Of a DNA stretch of 64,000 bases, positions 50,021-58,881 are shown in pieces. The notes beneath the pieces are model-generated. The model saw only the letters and a list, made by a program, of their open reading frames with translations. It did no database searches and was not told where the DNA came from. Position 1 is the stretch's first letter; the number at the start of each line of letters is the position of its first letter. The stretch covers positions 1,920,001 through 1,984,000 of the forward strand of contig CBDCXV010000010.1 of NCBI GenBank assembly GCA_965223905.1, in the 5' to 3' direction. Origin of the DNA: Candidatus Latescibacterota bacterium. Lineage in GTDB: Bacteria > Latescibacterota > UBA2968 > UBA8231. The translations under genes and the position numbers were made by a program.

Positions 50021-50024
50021 GTTG

Positions 50025-50138
50025 ATGCCGTTTTTCATGGGGCTGGCACTGGGACAGATTTGCAACGCCGGCTTCTGGGTCGTAATCGACGCATGCACGG
50101 GCACAACCGGCAACCACATAGGAGCGCTCTTCTGGTGA
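50025..50138 (+). pseudogene. 3' remnant of a second DUF6784-like membrane protein
   Basis: MPFFMGLALGQICNAGFWVVIDACTG aligns with PFFLGLILGEIIAAGIFLVADYFAG of 47343-49328. Confidence 0.65.
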
Positions 50139-50297
50139 GCCAGTCTGAGGGCCCGCGGCAAAAAAGTCCATTTGGGGCTGCGGCCGGCCTGCTCGCTGCG
50201 CCCCCGCCCCAAACGGCCGCCTGGGGCGACTTTGACAACGACGGTTGGGTGGATCTGTTCGTGGGCAACGAATCCGTCGGCGAGGATACACTCGCAT

Positions 50298-51151
50298 GAA
50301 CCTATCTCAAAATAGGCAAACTTAAACTTGTTTTCGAAATGACAGTGATGTACCATTGGTGTATGGTCAATCTGACCGACATGCAATGGCAACGAATCCG
50401 CCATCACTTTCCTGAAGAACTTCGTCCCAAGAGCCATCCGGGTCGCAAACCGGTTTGCACCCGTGATGTTTTTGAAGCCGTCCTTTGGATTCTAAACACC
50501 GGGGCTCAATGGCATATGTTGCCGCAGTGCTATCCGAACTACAAAACCGTGCATCGCCGTTTTCAAAACTGGTGTCGTCAAGGGGTGTTACGCGAAGTTC
50601 TCATGGACCTGGCCCAGACCCTTCACGAGCAAGGGGGCCTGGACGAATCGGAGGCTTTCATCGATGGCATGTTCTCGGCGGCCAAGGGTGGAGGTGCCGA
50701 TATCGGCCACACCAAGCGAGGTAAGGGGGTGCGGGTCATGGGGATCGTGGACGGCAATGGGCTTCCCTTGTCGGTGAGCACGCATGCAGCGAACCATCAT
50801 GAAGTGACGCTGGTTCAGTTGACCTTTGACTTTTACCTGATCGAAGACAAACCTGACAACTTGATCGGTGACAAAGCGTACGACAGCGATTCGTTGGATG
50901 AAGAACTTAAGAAAGACGGGATCGAGATGATCGCCCCGCATCGCCAGAATCGGACCAAGAAAAAGACTCAGGATGGACGGCGATTGCGGCGTTATGTGCG
51001 GCGTTGGATGGTTGAGAGATTCTTTGCTTGGCTTCAATGGCAGCGTCGAGTGATCACGCGCTGGGAATTGTATCCGGAGAATTTCCTTGGCTTCGTCCAA
51101 CTTGCATCCATTTTGATTTTACTTAAACAATTTCAATTTTGAGATAGGTTC
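50298..51151 (+). mobile_element. IS5-family element (IS427-like), apparently complete
   Basis: 16-bp TIR GAACCTATCTCAAAAT and 2-bp duplication AT. Single-ORF transposase 50363-51142 (TGAQWHMLP, IDG, GDKAYDSD, RWMVERFFAW). Confidence 0.92.
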
Positions 51152-52120
51152 ATGCGAACTGTTCCGCAACGGGGGCGACGCCGATCGAGACCCGGTTCGC
51201 TTCAGCGATGTGGCCGAGGAAGCGGGAGTCGCGGTCGTCGGTTATGTAAAGGGGGTCGTTTGGGGCGACTACGACAACGACGGACTCGTGGACTTGTACG
51301 TGTCGCGTCTATTCGCCGATCCCAACCTCCTCTTGCGCAACGAAGGGGAGGATGCCCATGGCCGGTGGCGTTTCACCGATGTGACGGCGACGGCAGGAGT
51401 TCCCGGACCGACCTACAGTTTTCCGACCTGGTTCTGGGACTACGACAACGATGGCTGGCAGGACATCTTCGTCGCCGGGTTCAAAGGCGATGTGGCTGAC
51501 GTCGCCGCCGACTATCTCGGTCTGCCGCACAACGCCGAAGAACCGCGTCTCTACCGCAACAACGGAGACGGCACATTTGCCGACGTGACACGCGAGGCCG
51601 GACTCGACGAGCCGCTGATAGCCATGGGCAGCAACTTCGGCGACCTCGATAACGACGGATTCCCCGACTGCTACATCGGCACGGGCGACCCGTACATGGT
51701 GACCATCGTTCCCAACCGCATGTTTCGCAACGCTGCCGGCCGGTTCTTTCAGGACGTCACCACGTCAGGTGGGTTCGGGCATCTGCAGAAGGGTCACGGC
51801 GTCGCCTTCGGCGACATCGATCACGACGGCGATCAGGACGTCTTTGCCGTTATGGGTGGCGCGTACACGGGCGATGTCTATCAGAACGTCCTCTTCAGAA
51901 ACCCCGGACACGGCAACCGCTGGATCAAGCTCAGACTCGAAGGCCGTCGCTCAAACCGCGCCGCGATCGGGGCGCGCGTCGTCGTGCGCGTGAATACGGC
52001 GGACGGAGTTCGCGAGATTCACTCGACGGTGAGCAGCGGGGGCAGTTTCGGCGCCTCGACCCTGCAGCGGGAAATCGGCCTGGGGCAGGCTACCTCCATT
52101 CGCGCAATCGAAGTTTTCTG

Positions 52121-53744
52121 GTAACCGTTCAGTTCCCCTGGCAGGTTGGGGCGGGGGCGGAATGGTAGCAGGTTGACTATTAACGAATGGGGGAGTGGGT
52201 TGAAGGCAGCAGCGAGGGCGCCGGCTGCTTAGACACGGCCGCGTCACAGGCCATCCTGAGATAGTCGAGGACGTTGCGCTGCTGCTGGCGCAGGGTATCG
52301 CGCACCGTGAGCAGGCGCTCTACGAAACGGCTGCCTTCGGCACTGTGGGTGCCGAAGCTGGTGTGACGCCACAACACGCCATGGCGAAGGGCTCGTTCGG
52401 CGTCGTTGTTGGTCGGCTCGACGCCGGGCCGGCGTGCGAAGGTCCACAGGGCCGGCCCGAGGTCGAGGAGATTGGCGCAGGTGGCCGCCGTCTTGGCGTC
52501 GGCGAACTGCTGCCCATAGCACAAATGAAACCGAAAGCGCAGACACAAATCGTCGATATAGTCCTGGAAGCGGGCGCGGGACAGGGTACCGTCGCGGACT
52601 TGATGCCACCAGGTAAACAGCTGCTCGCTGCGGTCCAACAGGTGTTGACCGACGCGCTCGGCCTCTCCGCCCCGGGCCACGAACTCCTCGAAGGCGCGCC
52701 GCAGGTGAGCCCAGCAGACTTGCCGGCGTCGCAGCGGCAGATGCGCGTAGGCCGAATAGCGATCGCAGCCGACCACCGCCCGGTTGTCCGCACCCAGCAT
52801 CTCATCGACCCCGTCGCGGTTACGTCTTTTGCGGATGGAGAACACGGTGACGCCGTCCGTCACCGCGGTCCACAACCAGGCCTTGGCGCGGCGCTGGCGC
52901 CAGCCGGTCTCGTCGACGTTGACGATGCCCTGTCGGCGAACGAAGGCGCGCGCCTCCTCGACCGCACCCGCCAGGGCCGTGGCCACTTCCTGTTCCAGCC
53001 GGCTGACGGTACCCAGCGACACCTCCAGGCCGAAGGCGTCGGACAACAGCGCCCGGATGTTGCGCTTGCTCAGCCGGTAGGCCCCGGCCAACAGGCCGAC
53101 CCAGGCTTGCACGCTGGGACCGAAGGTGTGCCGCGATACGCCCTCGGGCCAACCGGCTTCGGTCAGGCGGTCGCAGTGACCGCAGCGCAGGGTGTGCAAC
53201 TGATACTCGATGACCTCGGCCCGCACCGGCGGGATGACGACTGCCTGGTGACGCTGCGGATGGGGATCGTCTCCCGTCAACAGGTGCCCGCATCCGTGGC
53301 ACGTACTCGGCTTGACCGGGATCAGTTCGTCCACCTGCTCCACCGATACCCACGAGCGGCCGTGTCCTTCGTGCCCGGGCTGTCCGCCCGGCGAGCGCCC
53401 CGAGGATCGGCGTCGGGAGGCGTCGGTGCGAGGCGAGGAGGAAGCGCCCGATTCCGACGAGGCGGCCCGGGCACCGCGGCGGGACCGCCCCTTGCGGCGG
53501 GCCAATTCCCGCTCCAGCTCGGCGATCCGCGCCGTCTGTTGTTCCACGATTTGCTCGAGCTGGACAATGCGCTGACGCAAGTCGCCTTCGGAAATCGCAC
53601 TCTCAGGGGGTCTCTTCATGGGGTCGCCGTATCCAGGAAAATCTGCAACACACAACCGATTCCCGAAGATACCGACGAACCCCAAAACCCGCGTAGGTAT
53701 TTCTTTATATGCTCAAACTACTGCAGGGGGGACTGAACGGTTAC
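52121..53744 (-). mobile_element. IS66-family element, TnpC-only (ISBst12-like)
   Basis: TIR GTAACCGTTCAG and 8-bp TSD GTTTTCTG. Transposase 53619-52180 (GGQPGHEG, VDETGW, QVCWAHLRR, EPTNNDAERALR). Confidence 0.93.
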
Positions 53745-54030
53745 GTTTTCTGGCCCGCCAGCGGTGACGTGCAGGTCTTTGAGAATGTCGAAATGGGCCA
53801 GACCCTCGTCATTCGCGAGGGGGACCCCCTTCCGACCGCGCTCAGGTTCGAGCCCTTCGAGATTCCTGGCATGGACGGGTCGGGGCAGCACGAGCACGCC
53901 CGCCATGGGCCTGGCCACCAGGACTAGCCCGTGGCTGGAGCTGAAGTCCATTGCATTGTGAGCGAACCTTCGAGCTGTCCCACGGCCGTATGCACCATGG
54001 GCTCCTGGGGGCGCTGCGGTCGATTTTCCC

Positions 54031-54059
54031 TTGAATCTCCGGGTATATTTTCATATACT
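54031..54059 (+). promoter_or_regulatory. Putative sigma70 promoter (TTGAAT-17 nt-TATACT)
   Basis: Homologous to 28-55. Confidence 0.6.
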
Positions 54060-54123
54060 GATGCTTACAATTTCCATAACTGTATGATTCAATTCTACAG
54101 ATGAGATGAAAGGAGAACCAACC

Positions 54124-55038
54124 ATGAAGAGGATTATCATCATAGCTGCCGTTCTGGGCCTCGTTCTCGCCACCTTCACGGCGAGTTCGGCCCACCTGCG
54201 GACAGACCGGAACTGGGCGGCGGTGGAGGTGCCCATCGGCGTCGATGGAATCAGGCCTGTCCAGATGGACGGTGATATCAGCGAGTGGGGCAACGTGCCG
54301 TCTGTCTTCTGGGTAACCCAGGATGACCTCATCGAGACCGTCAAGGGCTTAGGAGACCCGGATGCCGCCAATCTCGCCGAGCGCATCATATTCGGCTGGA
54401 GTCCAAAGACCAACCTTGTGTACTTCATGGAGGATAGGTTCGACGACTTCTGGTACGCAACCCAAGATGGCACCCACGAAACTGTCGAAATTGCGTTCGA
54501 TGCCGACCACAGCGGCGAAGTAGCGTACGTGGACGTGGCAAGTGAAGGACTGGATCCGGAACGATGGGAGGGGGCCACCGCGCAGAACATTCGCTACCAG
54601 CTCTTTAAGGGGGAAGGATCAGAAATTTGGTTATGGGGCGGCGGACAATGGGCTGCTGTAGAGCCTTATTCCGGCGTCAGATGGAGCGTCGACGGCGAGG
54701 CCGGTGGCGCCGCTTCCCTCCAAGTGGAGATGTGGTTCACCCCGTTCGACGACCTGCCTGCCAGTTCGACTGGTCCTGACGATCCCGACCTGATAGTGCA
54801 CACCCTGCGGGAAGGCGAGATCGTGGGCATCGGCTTCGCCGTTCAGGACGATGACAATGGCCCAGGCGGAGCGTACAACGGCTACTGGACCAACAGCGGT
54901 GACACCGAGCTCTACTTCAGAGCCACGTCCTTGGTAGACTACGCCCTACTCGGCTTCGACCGGAGCATCTGGGTGTCGGACCCGACCGCCGTCGAGGCAG
55001 ATGCCTGGGGCCGCATCAAAGCGAGCTTCTCCAACTAG
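54124..55038 (+). CDS. Secreted CBM9/DOMON-like protein, paralog of 321-1229, ending TAVEADAWGRIKASFSN
   Basis: AAAGGAGAA RBS, signal peptide, and co-linear homology to the first gene. Confidence 0.78.
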   Translation: MKRIIIIAAVLGLVLATFTASSAHLRTDRNWAAVEVPIGVDGIRPVQMDGDISEWGNVPSVFWVTQDDLIETVKGLGDPDAANLAERIIFGWSPKTNLVYFMEDRFDDFWYATQDGTHETVEIAFDADHSGEVAYVDVASEGLDPERWEGATAQNIRYQLFKGEGSEIWLWGGGQWAAVEPYSGVRWSVDGEAGGAASLQVEMWFTPFDDLPASSTGPDDPDLIVHTLREGEIVGIGFAVQDDDNGPGGAYNGYWTNSGDTELYFRATSLVDYALLGFDRSIWVSDPTAVEADAWGRIKASFSN

Positions 55039-55081
55039 GGAGAAAGATCGGCTGTAAGGAGCCAAAACGGCTGTTGTTGAA

Positions 55082-55126
55082 GGGGGGCGAGATCGTCGTT
55101 GATCCTCCTCGCCCCCCCTTTTCTTT
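55082..55126 (+). terminator. Rho-independent terminator
   Basis: GGGGGGCGAG...CTCGCCCCCC followed by a T-rich tail. Confidence 0.8.
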
Positions 55127-55271
55127 GCCGGCGCCTAACGGCGCTTCCGACAATGAGCAGGGCGCAAGCGCCTCGAGATACAGATTCGCCTGGCGGCGAA
55201 TCTGCCAGAGTCCAGACAGATGGGTAAACGGACTGTAAGCTGACGAAGACGGACGAGGCGAGAGGCCCGGC

Positions 55272-56807
55272 TCACGCATTGGATGATGAGTTCGGCTTGG
55301 GCAACTCGATCCCGCTGATGTCTGGCGCCGCGGGATCGGGCTCGTACGGCACGAACTGGAACGCGTACAGGTCTGCGTCTCGCATCACAAACCGCAGTCG
55401 CACCGGCCTGGCCGACAGCGGTCGGACATCGCCGCCCACTTCCCTCCACCGCACGATGCAACGCAACGAATCGCAGAAGATGGACGGGCAATCGGCCAAA
55501 GCGTACCCCTTGATGGGTGTCCCTGCCGCGTCCTGAACCTCAACCTGGACTCCACCGGCGCCCGACGTCTCCACATTCAGCGCCAGATTGCCGCCTTGGA
55601 AGGTGATGGGCTTGGTCACGATCTCCCCGCCCGACAGAGGCGCGGTTGCCGACACAAAGCCATCCTGACGGAAGGTGTATCGCCGGACGCTGTTGGAGAT
55701 GCCCTCCCAGTAGCCCTCGCACGCGTACATCGAGATCTCCCTGGGTGCGTCCTCGGTGGCTGACGGCGTCTCGACCATTCCCCAGAACACGTAGTTGTCC
55801 CCGTAGACCCAGCTTTCCCGCAGCCGCGGCCCCGGGCGGATGAGCGCTTCGGGCCAGCGCTTGAAGCTGAGTCCGTCGCGACTGGTCATAAACAGAGCGT
55901 CAGTGATGGCCGCGCCGCGCCGCTCATGGGCTTTGGCCCGCGCCAGTCGCTCGTCCAGACCGGGCACCTCGTAGAGCGGATCGGACCACTCGCGCTTTGT
56001 GTAGCGCGCCGGGAAGCCCATGAAGATGTGCGGCGCGCGGTAATACGGGACGATCTGGTTGTTGTACAGTTGCTCTATGGGAGCGTCAGGATACGAGAGC
56101 CATCTCGGCTCTGGGAAGTGCAGAGGGTCGGGTGACGTGGCCGTCATGATGTCGCGAACGCCCTCTCTGACGCCACGGTGATACTCCCGATACTCTCGTC
56201 GCACGGGATCCCAGAACATCAGGTTCTGGGAATCGAACGTTCCCTGTGTGATCGCAGGCTGTTCGCCCATCAGTGAGAAGTGGAAGCCGTCACTGGACTT
56301 CAGCAGGTACAACCCCTTGGACTCGTTGCCGGCCATCACGATCTTAAATCTCGCGTCCGGAGGACAGTCGGGATTATCATCCCTAAAGACGGCTGTGTGC
56401 GCAGGATCGCCGCCAACTTTGGCGACGGCATCCGGCGTTAGGACGATGTTGTTGGCCTTGGACCCCGCGAACTCGAACAGGCCCAGTTCGGGCCGACGCC
56501 AGTGGATGCCGTCCTCGCTCTCGATGACGCATAGCCACGCGGGATGATCGTCCAAGGCTTGGGCCGGCTCCCCGCCGTTCCGGTAGTGAAGGCCATGGTA
56601 ATAGATGCGATGGCGTCCGCCGTCGCTGACGATGGATGGGTAGCCACAGGCATTCCCTTCCCAACGCGCATTGGTCTCGAACACGATCTCCCGGCGTACC
56701 GGATGGTGAAGGTTCAGCCGCGCTCCGCCGGCCAGGGACTGGATGAGATGCTCGTCCACCATGAGTTCCAGTCTCGAGCCGATGTTCACTGTCTCCTGTG
56801 CTGACAT
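55272..56807 (-). CDS. Beta-propeller glycoside-hydrolase-like protein (close relative of 14470-15999)
   Basis: IGSRLELMVDE...RWEGN...SEDGIHWRRPELG...FDSQNLMFWD...RRYTFRQDGFVS...DLYAFQF. Confidence 0.72.
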   Translation of the reverse strand: MSAQETVNIGSRLELMVDEHLIQSLAGGARLNLHHPVRREIVFETNARWEGNACGYPSIVSDGGRHRIYYHGLHYRNGGEPAQALDDHPAWLCVIESEDGIHWRRPELGLFEFAGSKANNIVLTPDAVAKVGGDPAHTAVFRDDNPDCPPDARFKIVMAGNESKGLYLLKSSDGFHFSLMGEQPAITQGTFDSQNLMFWDPVRREYREYHRGVREGVRDIMTATSPDPLHFPEPRWLSYPDAPIEQLYNNQIVPYYRAPHIFMGFPARYTKREWSDPLYEVPGLDERLARAKAHERRGAAITDALFMTSRDGLSFKRWPEALIRPGPRLRESWVYGDNYVFWGMVETPSATEDAPREISMYACEGYWEGISNSVRRYTFRQDGFVSATAPLSGGEIVTKPITFQGGNLALNVETSGAGGVQVEVQDAAGTPIKGYALADCPSIFCDSLRCIVRWREVGGDVRPLSARPVRLRFVMRDADLYAFQFVPYEPDPAAPDISGIELPKPNSSSNA

Positions 56808-56879
56808 GAGCAAGATCTCCGACTGGTGAGGGATGGCTTCCCTGTGTTCCTTCTGTCGCGCGCAGGCGCTGTGAACGTA

Positions 56880-57042
56880 CGAGGAATCATGAAGTGTATG
56901 TCGGCTGGGAGATGCTGTCGAGTCAGAAATTTGAGGCTGGACTGAGGGGCCGATGGGTGCAGCGGCACGATCGGGCGTGTATTACCCGTGCGCGGAGGGT
57001 CGATGTATCGGTTTCTGGCCGTTTTACGGACAAGACCCGATG
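56880..57042 (-). mobile_element. Repeat A, second copy (IS91-type ori-end tail)
   Basis: 150-bp match to 49844-49993, then ...ATTCCTCGT end. Confidence 0.8.
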
Positions 57043-57087
57043 ATCCAGGCGCACCGATCCCGCCTCCGCGAGTCAACGTCCGACAAC

Positions 57088-57244
57088 TCGCTCCACAGCC
57101 TGCCACGCTAATCGCACCGCATCCCGCCTGTATCTTGTTCCTCCCCCGACAGTTGCATATTTTCATTGATCATAGTGCGTTTGGCAGCATCAATCAACCA
57201 TCCTCGCGCAGCCGGCCTTGCCTGGACATTCACAATCCGACGGG
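57088..57244 (-). repeat. Repeat B, second copy
   Basis: Diverged inverted copy of 29450-29593, fused to the 3' end of the PPIase paralog. Confidence 0.8.
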
Positions 57245-58864
57245 AGCCTGTTCTCGTGGATTGATACCTCTGACTCGTAGCGGCTGCGCAGTTCTTCCAT
57301 GTACTCGTTGAACGCGTCCCGGTGTCTCCGGCGTCTGGAGCTGAGATCTGACCCTCATCTCAGCTTCGGCGAAGGTCTCGCGCTCCTCAACCGGCCCGGT
57401 GAGCTCGCCGATGTCGGCCTCGACCGCGGCTTCCACGAAACCGCCGAACTGGGGCGATTCGTGATGGTGCACGTGGAACCGACCCTCGTCATCACGCACC
57501 TCGAGCGATCGAATCGAATGTCTCTTCGCCAGGTCGCCAAAGGCGGCGCCGTCTTCGATCATCCCTTTCAAGCGTAGTGCCTCTATTCTGTTCTCACGAG
57601 GATCTCCTGCACCTCGGTCTGTTCGAGATGCAGGAATCTCTCAGCGTTGGCCTCGTAGTACTGGACCAGGTCGTCTTCGGTGATAGACACTCTCTCCATC
57701 AAACACGGAGGCCCTGAGGCCTTTGGCCAACTCCTGCTTCCCTTGCTCTTCGAGCCATTGGACCAGCTTCTCTTCGCGATCGATCCCCAGGCGCACAGCC
57801 GCCTCTTGAATCATCATGTCCGGGACGATGTACTGCTCGGCGAAGGAGACCACCTGCTCAGCGTCGCGGAGTGTCTCCAGAACATTGCCCTTGCGGCTTT
57901 TGGCCGCGGCGATGAGGTCGGCAGCTGTGATCTCTCCGCCGTCGTACTGGTAGAGGACGATCGCAGATGGGTCATGGCCGACGGCCGCCTCACCGGTGCG
58001 CAGTGCCTCGACTGCAGCGGCTATGCCGTCTCGGACCGGCTCGAGGCGGTATTTGTCCCTCAATTCCGCCACCAGCTCGGCCTTCGCGATTCCGCGCTTC
58101 TTTCGTTCGAGTTCTTCAGCGATTCTCATCCGCTGCCGCGGATTGAGCTGAGCGGTCGTCTCATCGAGGATCTTGAAGACGGCGTATCGGTCACCGATTC
58201 GAATCGGATCCGACACCGAGCCTACCGCGAGCCCGAACAGCTTGTCGGCGAGGACGGGAATCATCTCGTCCCTGGTGATGAACCGGCCTATGTCCCCGCC
58301 CCGGGCAGCGGTCTCTTCGTTCATCGACAGCTTCCTCGCGACGTCCGCGAAGCTCGCCCCTCCCTCGATCTCCCTCGCGGCCTTCTCTGCCGTCTCGAGG
58401 TCGGCGACCATGATGTCGCCCAGTCTGACAGCGCGGGCGAGCCCCTCCCGGTCTATGAACTGTTCTACTTCACTGTCTTCTACCGTTGCGTCGATCGTTC
58501 TTCGCTCGTACTCACTGACGAGCTTCGCCTTCCTGATCCGGATCATCCTGGTCAGGTAGGCGGAACTCCTCTCGTGGCCTTGGCTTCGGGCTTCCATCAG
58601 CAGCAGTTCCATGTCGATCATGGTCTGCAGATGGTCTCTCACCTGCTCCTTCCCGGCCTCTTCGCCCTTGGCATGCTCGGGCAATCTGTCGATGAAATCC
58701 CGCACGTCCTGGGCTGTGATCGCCCTGTCCCCGACCTGGGCGACGGTCGGATTCTCCTCGTGCGACGCGCAGCCCGTGTATGACAAAAGGAGGGTCAATG
58801 TCAAGCTGCCCGCTTTCGTCACTGGCCTCCCGTAGGAGAGACAAAAATTCAAGCTCGCGATCAT
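57245..58864 (-). pseudogene. Two-parvulin PPIase lipoprotein paralog with degenerate 3' third
   Basis: Co-linear with 8512-10185. Frameshifts from ~57700, a deletion at GPVE|ERETF, and the last codons replaced by repeat B. Confidence 0.85.
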
Positions 58865-58881
58865 CCCGTATGATGCTCCTG

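Larger units (their letters stand above)
50175..53927 (+). pseudogene. CRTAC1-family gene, 5'-truncated and interrupted by IS5 and IS66
   Basis: AAWGDFDNDGWVDLFVGNES..LA|CELFRN...NRAAIGARV...IEVFW|PASG rejoins in frame across both insertions. Confidence 0.85.

Noticed and set aside
55132-55270. Possible integron attC site (GCCTAAC)
   Set aside because: No matching GTTRRRY core at a suitable distance and no integrase in the window.
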